64,000 nt of DNA from Alistipes sp. (GCA_017501625.1 JAFVWO010000102.1:2954-66953), one strand, 5' to 3'. Positions 1-10,025 are shown, counted from the stretch's first letter. Translations and numbers: made by a program. Notes: a model not told the origin generated them from the letters alone.

Positions 1-916
1 ACACGCTGCCGGGCTTCTCCTTGAAGTGGTCGGTGAGTGCCGAGTATATGCGTAGGCTCATGCGCTTCTCGCTGATATCCAAATTATCGGGGTAGATGAT
101 ACGTATATAGTGCTTGCCGTCGACATGCTTGAGGTCGCTGCCCTTGGCCTGCATCTTACGCCATATACTATAGGGCTGGCGATAGCGTATCTCGGTGCGC
201 ACGTCGAAACCCTCATTCCTGAGTATCTCGTCAATCTTTGCAGTGAAGCGCTCCAAGCGCTCACGGTCGGCCTTGCGCTCCGCCTCCAACATACTCTCCA
301 CCACGGCATAATCCCTCGGACAGCGATAGCGGAACGATAGGTTTTCGAGCTCCGTCTTGATGTGATATAGGCCGAGGCGGTTGGCAAGCGGCGCATAGAA
401 GTAGTCCGTTTCGCCGGCAATCTTCATCTGCTTGTCGGGGCGCATGCTATCCAAGGTGCGCATGTTGTGCAGACGGTCGGCAAGCTTGATGAGCAACGCG
501 CGTATGTCGTAGTGTACCGACTCGAGTATCTGGCGATAGTTATCCACCTGCTTCGAGTGCTCGTAGCTGTCCTTCTTACGCTTCGTGACAGTATCGACAA
601 GGAATGCCACATCGTCGCCAAAGCGCGAGCGTATATCTTCTACGGTGTATGGCGTATCCTCGACCACATCGTGCAGGAATGCCGATATTACGGGATTGTC
701 GCCCAATTCGAGCTCTTCGGCGACGATGGCCGCTACGGCAATGGGGTGTATGATGTAGGGCTCACCGCTCTTACGGCGTTGGTTGCTATGTGCCTCATGT
801 GCAAGCTCATAGGCTGCGCGTATGCGCACCATCTCCTCCTCTGTGGCACGCTCGGCCATGTGGCTAAATAGCGTCTCCACGCTGTTACGAATCTGGGTTG
901 CGTAGATTTCGTTCAT
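1..916 (-). CDS. relA: RelA/SpoT (p)ppGpp synthetase/hydrolase, 5' part (runs off left edge)
   Basis: Not in ORF track (no stop in window). Manual translation from ATG at 916: MNEIYATQIR...AYELAHEAHSNQRRKSGEPYIIHPIAVA...FLHDVVEDT, the HD hydrolase domain of long RSH proteins; LIKLADRLHNMRTL follows. Confidence 0.95.
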   Translation of the reverse strand, partial: MNEIYATQIRNSVETLFSHMAERATEEEMVRIRAAYELAHEAHSNQRRKSGEPYIIHPIAVAAIVAEELELGDNPVISAFLHDVVEDTPYTVEDIRSRFGDDVAFLVDTVTKRKKDSYEHSKQVDNYRQILESVHYDIRALLIKLADRLHNMRTLDSMRPDKQMKIAGETDYFYAPLANRLGLYHIKTELENLSFRYRCPRDYAVVESMLEAERKADRERLERFTAKIDEILRNEGFDVRTEIRYRQPYSIWRKMQAKGSDLKHVDGKHYIRIIYPDNLDISEKRMSLRIYSALTDHFKEKPGSV

Positions 917-949
917 CTCGTTACAGGTGTTTGGATAGAAATATTCGTA

Positions 950-957
950 CAAATTTA
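950..957 (-). promoter_or_regulatory. Bacteroidetes -7 promoter element (TAAATTTG) for relA
   Basis: Matches TAnnTTTG, 33 bp upstream of the ATG. Confidence 0.6.
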
Positions 958-989
958 GGCATTTTTCTGTGAAAAAACAAAAAAAGTGT

Positions 990-997
990 TATCTTTG
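990..997 (+). promoter_or_regulatory. Bacteroidetes -7 promoter element (TATCTTTG) for the lipoprotein gene
   Basis: Matches TAnnTTTG; divergent from the relA promoter. Confidence 0.6.
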
Positions 998-1033
998 TCC
1001 GCATAACATATTAACTATAATAGTATTTTGACC

Positions 1034-2716
1034 ATGAGATTGAGAGTAACAGCTTGTATACAGCTTGCAGCAGTAGCTATGATGGCACTTATTGCTACGG
1101 GATGTAGCGATGATAATGGTATCACGGATAATCAAAACCGGCCCGGGAAGCTTCCCGAAAAGCCCGAAAAGCCCGAAAAGCCCGAGAAGCCCGACTACCC
1201 CTCGTCGACAGCCTTCGCCTTCGAGAACATACGCGCAGAGCATACTAAAATCAGCGTAGACATTATCCCCGAAGATAAGACGATGGAGTATATCGTCTTC
1301 GTATCGGAGGTTAAACACTTCAAGCTAAACGGCATAGATACGCCCGACGAACTCTTCGAGGACGACTACCTATACTTCGGTGAGTACGCCACGATGTACG
1401 ACACGACCATCCACACATTCCTCAGCACCGTGGGATGGCTCGTCACGGGCGACAAGCGCGACTATGGCACCGTGAATCTCTACCCCGATACCGACTACGT
1501 CGTATACTGCTATGGCGTAACCTTCGATGGCGAGAACAACTACACCCCCGCAACCGACATCGCCTACACCGTGATACGTACCACAGCACCTGCGATGGTG
1601 GATGCCACATTCAATGTTACGACCGAGGTGAATGGCAACATGGTCACCATAGATGTCGCAACCAACGGCTACGATGGTCTATACTACCACTATATCGTCA
1701 ACGACAGCGACCTCTACTACGTGCATGAGGGTATGGAGCTTACGGATGAGTACATCGCTCACTACCGCAACCGCGCAATGAAGGAGTTCAACACGCTCAT
1801 CAACGATGAGGGCAACACACCGGAGAGTTTCTGTCACACGGGCGACAAGGAGCTCACCGAGCGCCTTCCGGCAAACACCAACTATATGGTCATACTCTTT
1901 GCCGTGAGCGACGATCGCCTGCCACTCCTCTGCTCGGTACCTACAGTGGCACACTTCGCAACGGGTGACACCAATATTGGTGACATGAGCTTCGAGATAG
2001 TGGTTAGCGACATCACTCCCTACGATGCCATGCTCGACATCACACCCTCGACCAACGACCCCTATGCCTGCGTGTTCCTCTCTGTCGACCAGCTACCCAA
2101 TAGCGGCGACGAGTTCACCGATATGGATATCATCATCGAATACTACCAGCCCGCCATCCTTACGGGTGCGCATCACGAGGCACTCACTCCGCTTATGCCA
2201 TCTACGGAGTATGTTGTCGTAGCCTTTGGCATCGAGGACAACCTTCCCACGAGCCACATGTTTAGCTACCGTTTCACGAGCGGCGAGGCTGAGAAGGGTA
2301 ATGTAAGCATCACCGACATATCACTACTTAAGCTATACGATGCTGAGGAGATATTGGCAATCGACTCGAGCTGGGCAGATTTTATCGGAGATGCAGAGTG
2401 CATCGCTATTGTCGAGGCCAAGACATCGGCACCCACCGATACACTCTACTTCTGGTGGTACGAGGAGTGGCAAAGGATAGAGTATAACGATGAGGTATTC
2501 CTCGAGGATTTGCTTTTGTACGACCCTGCGAATAACCCTGAGGTTATGCAGATGTGGTACAGCATGGACGAGAACGACAAGTTCCTGTTTGCAGGCATTG
2601 CCGAAGACGAGGATGGCAGCCTCAGCGACATATACTACAGCGACATGTTCCTACTGACGAAGGAGATGACAAGCCCTGCCGAGGAGTTTATCGCATGGGC
2701 TAAGGATAGCAACTAA
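1034..2716 (+). CDS. Acidic surface lipoprotein with PEK linker and three fibronectin-III-like repeats
   Basis: Lipobox ATGC followed by SDD; (PEK)4 linker; repeated motifs LYPDTDYVVYCYGV / LPANTNYMVILFAV / LMPSTEYVVVAFGI. ATG at 1034 preferred to TTG at 1028. Confidence 0.75.
   Translation: MRLRVTACIQLAAVAMMALIATGCSDDNGITDNQNRPGKLPEKPEKPEKPEKPDYPSSTAFAFENIRAEHTKISVDIIPEDKTMEYIVFVSEVKHFKLNGIDTPDELFEDDYLYFGEYATMYDTTIHTFLSTVGWLVTGDKRDYGTVNLYPDTDYVVYCYGVTFDGENNYTPATDIAYTVIRTTAPAMVDATFNVTTEVNGNMVTIDVATNGYDGLYYHYIVNDSDLYYVHEGMELTDEYIAHYRNRAMKEFNTLINDEGNTPESFCHTGDKELTERLPANTNYMVILFAVSDDRLPLLCSVPTVAHFATGDTNIGDMSFEIVVSDITPYDAMLDITPSTNDPYACVFLSVDQLPNSGDEFTDMDIIIEYYQPAILTGAHHEALTPLMPSTEYVVVAFGIEDNLPTSHMFSYRFTSGEAEKGNVSITDISLLKLYDAEEILAIDSSWADFIGDAECIAIVEAKTSAPTDTLYFWWYEEWQRIEYNDEVFLEDLLLYDPANNPEVMQMWYSMDENDKFLFAGIAEDEDGSLSDIYYSDMFLLTKEMTSPAEEFIAWAKDSN
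1154..1189 (+). repeat. 9-bp coding tandem repeat (cccgaaaag)x3 + cccgagaag
   Basis: Read directly; encodes PEKPEKPEKPEK. Confidence 0.95.
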
Positions 2717-2750
2717 CAGCAACACACTAACAAACAACACTTAAGCTACT

Positions 2751-3125
2751 ATGAAAAAACTACTATCTATTATCATGATGCTTGTGCTCAGCTGTAGCAT
2801 TAGCTTCGCTGCTGCGCAGTCACCACTCTTTACCAAGGGAGAATATTTTGGAAAGAAGGTCATCTCTATTATACTCGATGACAACGATGATGATGATGCT
2901 CAATCGCTTGATTTCTACTATGAGATGCGAAACTATCTCTATAACAATTTGACGTGTAAAGAGCAATTTCAAGACTTTTTCAAGGGCTTTGAGACAGGCA
3001 TCTACGCTAAATGCGAAGATGATTATGGTCTAACCAGAAATGAAACCAATCTGTTGATTGATGTTGACGACCTTGTAGAAGGTATTTACAGTCCCTTCTA
3101 TGAAGAGTTTGAATCACGCTTTTAG
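2751..3125 (+). CDS. Hypothetical secreted acidic protein
   Basis: Signal peptide MKKLLSIIMMLVLSCSISFAAAQ; AT-richer than its neighbours; no family recognised. Confidence 0.7.
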   Translation: MKKLLSIIMMLVLSCSISFAAAQSPLFTKGEYFGKKVISIILDDNDDDDAQSLDFYYEMRNYLYNNLTCKEQFQDFFKGFETGIYAKCEDDYGLTRNETNLLIDVDDLVEGIYSPFYEEFESRF

Positions 3126-3154
3126 AAGAACGACTACCAATCCCTACACTGGCG

Positions 3155-4213
3155 ATGATATACCTCACCTCGGACTATACGTCGGGTGCGCATCCTGACA
3201 TTATGGAGCGCCTTGTGGCAACAAACATGGAGCATAGCGCGGGTTATGGTCTCGACAGCTATACGCTGGAGGCACAACGCCTTGTGCGCGAAGTGTGCGG
3301 CGCTCCCGATGCTGAGGTCATCTTCCTCGTTGGTGGCACGCAGACAAATGCCACGGCCATAGATGGCATCCTACGTCACCATGAGGGTGTCCTCGCTGCC
3401 GATAGTGGCCATATTGCCGTGCATGAGGCCGGCGCTATCGAGGCCTCGGGACATAAGGTGCTCACACTCCCCCACCATGATGGCAAGGTCGTCGCTGAGG
3501 ATGTAGAACGCTACGTTACGACGTTCTATGCCGATGCCACACACGAGCACATGGTCGCCCCGGGCATGCTCTACATATCGCAACCTACGGAGTATGGCAC
3601 GATATACACACGTGGCGAGCTGGAGGCTCTGAGCGAGGTGTGCCACCGCCACTCCATACCTATGTATATTGATGGTGCGCGTATGGCCTATGCCCTTCAG
3701 GCCGAGGGTGCCGATTTCACGCTCAGGGATATAGCACGCACGGCAGATGCCTTCTACATCGGAGGTACAAAGTGCGGAACGCTCTTCGGCGAGGCTCTCG
3801 TCGTTACACGTCCTCACCTCGTTAAGGCGCTCTTCTCGCTTGTGAAGCAACATGGCGCTCTGTTGGCAAAGGGGAGGTTGTTGGGAGTGCAGTTTGCCAC
3901 ACTGCTGAGCGATGGGCGCTATGAGAGTATTGGTCGCCACGCTGTGCGCCTTGCCATGAAGATACGCGAGGCTATGCGCGAGGCGGGATACGAGGCTGTT
4001 GTGCCGTCACCAACAAATCAACAATTCTTCGAGCTCCCGAATGAGGTTATTGACAAGCTGCATAAGGTTGCCGCGTTTGACTATTGGGGGCCACGTGGCA
4101 CTACATGCTCTACCGTGCGCTTTGTCACAAGCTGGGCCACGACGGAGGAGGATATTGCGACATTCATACGTGCAATTCGCTGTGCCCACGAATTTGCTGA
4201 TGGCGATTGTTAG
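3155..4213 (+). CDS. ltaE: Low-specificity L-threonine aldolase
   Basis: SDY..GAHP, GGTQTN, HIAVHEAGAIE, YIDGAR, GGTKCG (PLP lysine), VRFVTSWAT motifs. Confidence 0.9.
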   Translation: MIYLTSDYTSGAHPDIMERLVATNMEHSAGYGLDSYTLEAQRLVREVCGAPDAEVIFLVGGTQTNATAIDGILRHHEGVLAADSGHIAVHEAGAIEASGHKVLTLPHHDGKVVAEDVERYVTTFYADATHEHMVAPGMLYISQPTEYGTIYTRGELEALSEVCHRHSIPMYIDGARMAYALQAEGADFTLRDIARTADAFYIGGTKCGTLFGEALVVTRPHLVKALFSLVKQHGALLAKGRLLGVQFATLLSDGRYESIGRHAVRLAMKIREAMREAGYEAVVPSPTNQQFFELPNEVIDKLHKVAAFDYWGPRGTTCSTVRFVTSWATTEEDIATFIRAIRCAHEFADGDC

Positions 4214-4243
4214 CGAGGCTTGCAACTAAAGCCGTATGATGCG

Positions 4244-4297
4244 ATACAACAGAGAAGAGGGGAGTGTTCAGTGACACTCCCCTCTTCTCTGTTGTAT
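4244..4297. terminator. Perfect 24-bp inverted repeat between convergent genes
   Basis: atacaacagagaagaggggagtgt-tcagtg-acactcccctcttctctgttgtat; no classical U-tract on either strand. Confidence 0.7.
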
Positions 4298-4316
4298 AAC
4301 GAGCTACTTCGCTACA

Positions 4317-5315
4317 CTACTTCGTAACCTGAATAAGCTCCACCTTAAACTCCAACGCCTCGTTGGGGCCGATGTCGGCACCTGCGCCACGCTCACCATA
4401 AGCCAACTCCGAAGGAATCCAAAGGGTAATCTGGCCACCCTCCTTCACGAGCTTCATACCCTCGGTCCAACCACGGATAACGCCATTGAGGGGGAACTCG
4501 ATAGCCTCGCCACGCTCATAGCTCGAGTCGAAGACCTTACCTGTGCGAGTCTTACCCTCGTAGTTCACACGTACAACATCGGTGTCCTCCGTAGCCTGTG
4601 CTCCTGTACCCTCGCGGTCGATGCGATAAAGGAGACCCGACTCGGTCTTCTGTACACCCTTCTTCTTCTCTACCTCGCTGAGCCACTTAGCCGACTCCTC
4701 AGCGTTCTCTACCAACTGACGCTCGCGCTCGGCAATAGCCTCCTCGCGCTTACGTGCAGCGAAGTCGGTAAGGGTCTTCTGCATCTGCTCCTCGCTGATA
4801 CGCATGAGTGAGTCGATATTCTCGTGAGCATCAACCTTAAGGCCGTCATTTAATGCCGCCATAAGCCAATACATATCGAAGTCGGTCTTGAGGCTCTTAA
4901 CGTAAGCACCCATGTTCTTACCCATCATTGCAGATACATCCTCGCGTGTGAAGGTCTCGTCGTAGAGCTCAGGGAGTGCCGGCAACGTGTCGGGCATATC
5001 CGTAGTAATCATATCGCGCTGACGCTTAGCGCTGAAGTATGGCATAAGGCGCATATACTGGAACTCCATCATACGCTGGCGCACCTGCTGAAGATCCTCG
5101 CCCATGAGGTCACCATTCTCGTAAAAGTCGGTGATATTCTCGATAACGATATCGTTGTCGAGGTTGTAGTCACCCATGCCCAACGAAAGATTTAGGCCGA
5201 GGTCCGCACCTACAGCATACGACAAGGTGTCTAACTCCTTGGGCTCGTTGCTACCACATGCAACAGCCATCATTGTCACGGCAGCCGTAACTGCCAAAGC
5301 AAAAAATCTTTTCAT
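4317..5315 (-). CDS. FKBP-type peptidyl-prolyl cis-trans isomerase, lipoprotein
   Basis: Lipobox VAC; LSYAVG N-domain; TESGLLY, VNYEG, FDSS, VIRGWTEG, ELAYG, LEFKVEL. Confidence 0.93.
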   Translation of the reverse strand: MKRFFALAVTAAVTMMAVACGSNEPKELDTLSYAVGADLGLNLSLGMGDYNLDNDIVIENITDFYENGDLMGEDLQQVRQRMMEFQYMRLMPYFSAKRQRDMITTDMPDTLPALPELYDETFTREDVSAMMGKNMGAYVKSLKTDFDMYWLMAALNDGLKVDAHENIDSLMRISEEQMQKTLTDFAARKREEAIAERERQLVENAEESAKWLSEVEKKKGVQKTESGLLYRIDREGTGAQATEDTDVVRVNYEGKTRTGKVFDSSYERGEAIEFPLNGVIRGWTEGMKLVKEGGQITLWIPSELAYGERGAGADIGPNEALEFKVELIQVTK

Positions 5316-5330
5316 CCTTAATAGTTTTGT

Positions 5331-7934
5331 TTATTGATTTGTAAATTCTGTTGGTTCTTCTGTTTCCGTTGATTCAACTACCTCCGTTGCCTCTATTGCC
5401 TCCGTTGCCTCCGTTGTTTCAGTAGCCTCAGCCACCTCCACAATGCTTACGCTCTGTTGTGAAGCATCGTCCGTTGCAATCTCGGCACTCTCTCCGGCAA
5501 AATCTATGCCTTCGGCATCATCCTCCAAGACATAGGCATCGTAGTAGTCCTCGTCGATAGCCTCCTCGTCGACACTACTCTGCATCTCTATCTCCTCGTC
5601 GTCGATGATGATAGTCACCGTATAGCGATCCTTGCCCTTATAGTTCTTCATATCCTCGATGACAACGTCGTTTATGGCGAGCATCTCCTCTGCAACATCG
5701 CTATGCTGGAACTTGATATACTCCGTGATTATACGGTTGCGGTGGCGCATGAGGTCGCCCAGCTGAGCCCCTGCCTCATCACCATAGAGGGCCTTAGCCT
5801 TAGCGTGCGAGGTCATATTCGAGGGGTCGATGCCACGGCCAAGGAGCATGGAGTCGGCAAAGGCCTTCACCGCACGTCCCGACAGCTTCACATCTCTAAT
5901 GCGCGTGAAGTCGAGCATATCCAAGTATCCATTCTCGTCACCCTGCGTGGCGTTGTAGTATGCAATCTTGAGGTTCAGGTCGGCAATACGTTGCACGGCA
6001 CGGTCGTAGTTCACGCGCTGTGTCAGGCGCACCTTGAGGTTGCCATCCTCGCGCAGTGCCTCAGCCATCTTATCCAAACGTGCATAGTGCTCCGAGTCGA
6101 GACCCGGGGTAAGGAGGTCTACATCGATATGTCGGAAGGCCTCCTGCTTGTCGCCCGACATCCATGCAAAGGGTGCTGCGACAATCTTAAGCAACATGTT
6201 GCCTATCGCCCTCATGATAATCCTGCGATAGGAGAACTCGGGAGAGTCGATGCTTCCCGTGATGGGGAAGTCGACATCTATATGGTCATCCTTATCCGTG
6301 AGTACGAAGATGCCGAACTTCAATGGCAGGTTGTACTCGGCCTTCAGCGACCTATTCTTCTTGCCGAGTGCGAAGTTATACGTACCGAGTTGGTTTACAC
6401 CACTTAGCTTTCCATTTGTCACGATATTCTGACTGCGGAAGGTCATATTTCCCGACAATACGGGGAAGGCAGTGAAATGCTCGACATAGGGCGATAATCC
6501 CTTGATGTCGACATTTGTGAGCATCGCCAAGAGACTCTGGTTGTAGAAGTCCGTCAACGAGCCCTCCCAGAGGAAGAGCGCCGAGCCCTGCTTCGGGAGC
6601 TGGGCACGCAGTGTCAGCTTGTTGACACTCCACAGGTCGAAGTTGTCACACGTAATGGCTATATTACGCAACGTATACTCGAAATCTTCGTGCATCGTGC
6701 GGTCCGAGTAGTCCAATTTACCACCCTGAAGGTCGAGTTTCGCGATGCGCAGCACCATGTTACGCAGCGGAGCCTCATCGTCATTTGTCGTTATCGTAAC
6801 ACGCTCCTCAACCTCGTACATATCGTCGCCTACGGCCGTCGTCGTGGTCTCCACACTCACCTCGGGGGCAGAGTATAGAAGACCGTCGAAGTTTGTCGTG
6901 CCATCGCGACGGAAGTGCATCTCCGTAGCATAGCCCTCAGCCTTTAAGGTATTGAAGATATAACGCTCCTTATCGATGTTAAGTTCCGCTATCGAAGCAT
7001 CTAATCGCGTAGCACTAAAGACATTACCGCCCTCAGCATTCACTATGGCAAGCCCCTCGGCCGAGACCTCACCTTCGATATCCATGGCGAATATATCCAT
7101 CACATTACCCTCCAATACCACATCGGCAGCAGCAATACCATCGACACTACGAATATTGAGGTAGGGAGTCCAATATTTATACGTGTCAGCGAGGTTGAAG
7201 CCCTCCATCGTGCCATCAAAGCGGAAGTCGAAGCTCTCGCAGTTAAGCTCAAGCTCACCGGCCACGGTGGCACTCTCGTTGATATTCGTACCCACCGTAA
7301 AGAGCGTATACGAGTCGCCAAGGATGACCTCCTCGGTAGCGATATCGAGCATCGTGAGCAGCCACGACTGCTCTATCTCGCTATCGTGGTAGGCGAGATT
7401 ACCACCCTCGACCGCTACATTCTCAATCGTCACACGCCACGGCTCATCGTCATCCACATCCTCCACATCGTCGAAATACTCGTCGAGTATATAGGCAACA
7501 AGCGTATCGAAGTTAAACGTATCGCCCTCCTGCAATATCGCAACATGCGGATTACATAGTTTTACACCCGTGACATGTATATGCTTATCGAAAATATCCG
7601 CTAATGCCATCGTTGCCGCAAGATGCTCGGCACGCACAAACTCCGCTCCGCCATCAGCCTCGTAGACAACGATGTTATCAACGTCGACACTCCCTTTGAA
7701 GAGCTTTATATGCAGCTCGTCCATCTCCACACGACGACCTACAAGCTCCATGTCGTTTCGCTCGATATACCACTCGGCAATGGGGCCCAACCATGCTACG
7801 ACGACCGTAACAGCCAGCACCACGAGCGCAACGAGCACACATAATCCTCGTCTGATATAACGTCCCAATCTACCCTTTCGCCTTGGCTTGCTCTCCACCG
7901 TAGCTTCAATGTCTATATTATCTTTCTTCATCAT
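5331..7934 (-). CDS. DUF748 / AsmA-like membrane-anchored periplasmic protein with acidic C-terminal tail
   Basis: Single N-terminal TM, GRRVEM..., FNFD motifs, C-terminal LPLKFGIFVLTDKDDHIDVDFPITGSIDSPEFSY...KIVAAPF typical of DUF748 proteins. Confidence 0.8.
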   Translation of the reverse strand: MMKKDNIDIEATVESKPRRKGRLGRYIRRGLCVLVALVVLAVTVVVAWLGPIAEWYIERNDMELVGRRVEMDELHIKLFKGSVDVDNIVVYEADGGAEFVRAEHLAATMALADIFDKHIHVTGVKLCNPHVAILQEGDTFNFDTLVAYILDEYFDDVEDVDDDEPWRVTIENVAVEGGNLAYHDSEIEQSWLLTMLDIATEEVILGDSYTLFTVGTNINESATVAGELELNCESFDFRFDGTMEGFNLADTYKYWTPYLNIRSVDGIAAADVVLEGNVMDIFAMDIEGEVSAEGLAIVNAEGGNVFSATRLDASIAELNIDKERYIFNTLKAEGYATEMHFRRDGTTNFDGLLYSAPEVSVETTTTAVGDDMYEVEERVTITTNDDEAPLRNMVLRIAKLDLQGGKLDYSDRTMHEDFEYTLRNIAITCDNFDLWSVNKLTLRAQLPKQGSALFLWEGSLTDFYNQSLLAMLTNVDIKGLSPYVEHFTAFPVLSGNMTFRSQNIVTNGKLSGVNQLGTYNFALGKKNRSLKAEYNLPLKFGIFVLTDKDDHIDVDFPITGSIDSPEFSYRRIIMRAIGNMLLKIVAAPFAWMSGDKQEAFRHIDVDLLTPGLDSEHYARLDKMAEALREDGNLKVRLTQRVNYDRAVQRIADLNLKIAYYNATQGDENGYLDMLDFTRIRDVKLSGRAVKAFADSMLLGRGIDPSNMTSHAKAKALYGDEAGAQLGDLMRHRNRIITEYIKFQHSDVAEEMLAINDVVIEDMKNYKGKDRYTVTIIIDDEEIEMQSSVDEEAIDEDYYDAYVLEDDAEGIDFAGESAEIATDDASQQSVSIVEVAEATETTEATEAIEATEVVESTETEEPTEFTNQ

Positions 7935-7946
7935 TCACAGTTATGG

Positions 7947-8765
7947 TTACTTCTGCCACTGCATCGTAAAGTTACGCAACGGGCGTATAAGGAATCCCGG
8001 AAGATACTTACACACGGGAATAAACAGCCTAAACCACCAGTCGGGGACAACAACCCTGCGCCCCTTGAACATAGCCCTAAGACCACGACGGGCACAACTC
8101 GCAGGGCTCATGAGTATACCCCACTTCATACCAAAGCGCTGCAACTTCCTCGATAGACCATAGAGGTCGGTGGCAATGCCCGCAGGACATATCGCCGTTA
8201 CCGACACCCCCGTACCTCGCAACTCCTTAGCAAAGGCCTCGGTAAAGCTCTTGACGTATGCTTTGCTGGCACTATACGATGCCAAGCCCGGAAAGGGCAT
8301 CCATATCGAGTACGACGACATGTTCAGGATGCGCCCCTTGCCACGCTTAACCATATCCTCACCATATAGACGACACATAACCGTGAGCGTGACATCGTGA
8401 AGGAGGAGTACGCGCTCCAAGCGCTCCACCGGCGTATTAAGTATATCGCAGAAGGAGAAGATACCGGCATTGTTGATGACAACATCGAAGACAAAGCCCT
8501 GCTCCACAGTCCAACGATGTAGCTCATGTGCCGCAGCCTCGCGTGCAAGGTCCATACAACGAGCCTCGACCTTCACCTTATGCAGCTCGGCAATGGCAAC
8601 AGCCTCAGTCTCAATCTCGGGCTGAATATCCACCACGACAAGATTGTAACCCATCATAGCCAAGCGCTCGGCATACTGACGACCAATACCCATGGCAGCA
8701 CCCGTCACCAATGCCCATGCCGAACCTCGTTTTACCACGCCTCTTGTTCTATTACAAAGTCCCAT
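7947..8765 (-). CDS. SDR family NAD(P)-dependent oxidoreductase (putative 3-beta-hydroxysteroid dehydrogenase)
   Basis: TGAAMGIG, NNAG, YSASK catalytic motif; HSDH function inferred from gene context. Confidence 0.85.
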   Translation of the reverse strand: MGLCNRTRGVVKRGSAWALVTGAAMGIGRQYAERLAMMGYNLVVVDIQPEIETEAVAIAELHKVKVEARCMDLAREAAAHELHRWTVEQGFVFDVVINNAGIFSFCDILNTPVERLERVLLLHDVTLTVMCRLYGEDMVKRGKGRILNMSSYSIWMPFPGLASYSASKAYVKSFTEAFAKELRGTGVSVTAICPAGIATDLYGLSRKLQRFGMKWGILMSPASCARRGLRAMFKGRRVVVPDWWFRLFIPVCKYLPGFLIRPLRNFTMQWQK

Positions 8766-8777
8766 ACGCGCAGTATG

Positions 8778-10025
8778 CTATTTAATAGAGTTAATCTCCT
8801 TCCACAGGCGTGCAGGGATGTGCTCCTTGCAGTTGTGGCAGCACTGCATATCTACCGAGTACATGCGTGCCATGCAGTAGTCGCGATGGTCGCAACCACT
8901 GCGTGTTGTGATGTCACCCTCCTTGAGTTTATTTACAAAGGCAGGGTCGTTGACCAACGCACGTGCCATCTGCACAAGCTCGAAGCCCTCATCCAAGACC
9001 CTCTCTATACCCTCGCGCGACACAAGGCCTCCAACATATACCAGCGGGCCCTTAAGTGCTGCACGGAACTTCTTGGCATTCTCCAAGAAGTAACACTCCT
9101 CGAAATCGTACTGTTTGATGAGCCACTGGCCGAAGAGCGACACGACAATCTTCTGCAACCACTCGTTCCAGCCCATATAGTAGCCCATAGTCTTGGTAGG
9201 TATACGTCCACGCATCACAGCCATCGGTGCCTTCGACACGAAGCCCGACGAGAGGACGATGCCATCGACACCGAAAGACTCTATCTGCTTGGCTATCTCT
9301 ATCGACTCGGGTATCTGTATACCACGCTTGAAGCCATCCTCCATGTTGTGCTTAACGAGTACGCCCATACCACGCTTGCGTGCCGCCTCCATCACCTCCT
9401 CCAAGCACATATTCATAAAGCGCATGCGGTTTTCGAGCGAGCCGCCATACTCGTCATGACGGTGGTTGGTGTAGGGCGAGAGGAACTGCGAGATAAGGTA
9501 TCCATGACCGGCGTGTACCTCCACAGAGTCGAAGCCGGCATTGTAGGCCGTCTCCACAGCCGTGCCGAAGTCCTTGGAGAACTCCCTAATCTCGGCCTTT
9601 GTCATGCGGCGATGGAACGTAGGCGAGTATAGATTAAATCCGTTAGATGCAGACACGGGGAAACTTCCCGCTGTCGACCAGTGCGTCATGTTTCCGCAGT
9701 GGCCAAGCTGTATACCCACAGCAGCACCCTCCTTGTGTACGGCATCCGTAAGGTCGCGAAGCTGAGGCACAATCTCATCGCGCAGCCACAACTGCTTATT
9801 GAACGATATACCGCTACGATTTATCGACGCGTATGCCACGGTAGTCATACCAACACCTCCCCGGGCGACACTCACATGGTAATCCTTGAGTTTCTGTGTC
9901 GGTGCAAAGTCCTTACCCATAGACTCAAATGCAGCGGAGCGTATCACGCGGTTGCGCAACGTCACGCTACCCAGCTTATAAGGGGTAAACAATTTAGACT
10001 CCTCTAATCTCCTCTTGTTCTCCAT
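8778..10025 (-). CDS. NADH:flavin oxidoreductase, old-yellow-enzyme family (putative steroid 5-beta-reductase)
   Basis: LRNRVIRSAAFE, QLGHCG, EVHAGHGYLISQFLSPYTN...YGGSLENRMR, C-terminal Cys cluster. Confidence 0.88.
   Translation of the reverse strand: MENKRRLEESKLFTPYKLGSVTLRNRVIRSAAFESMGKDFAPTQKLKDYHVSVARGGVGMTTVAYASINRSGISFNKQLWLRDEIVPQLRDLTDAVHKEGAAVGIQLGHCGNMTHWSTAGSFPVSASNGFNLYSPTFHRRMTKAEIREFSKDFGTAVETAYNAGFDSVEVHAGHGYLISQFLSPYTNHRHDEYGGSLENRMRFMNMCLEEVMEAARKRGMGVLVKHNMEDGFKRGIQIPESIEIAKQIESFGVDGIVLSSGFVSKAPMAVMRGRIPTKTMGYYMGWNEWLQKIVVSLFGQWLIKQYDFEECYFLENAKKFRAALKGPLVYVGGLVSREGIERVLDEGFELVQMARALVNDPAFVNKLKEGDITTRSGCDHRDYCMARMYSVDMQCCHNCKEHIPARLWKEINSIK

Noticed and set aside
58-871. 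Several short ORFs in the track at the left edge
   Set aside because: All overlap the relA/spoT frame, which the track missed because it has no stop in the window.
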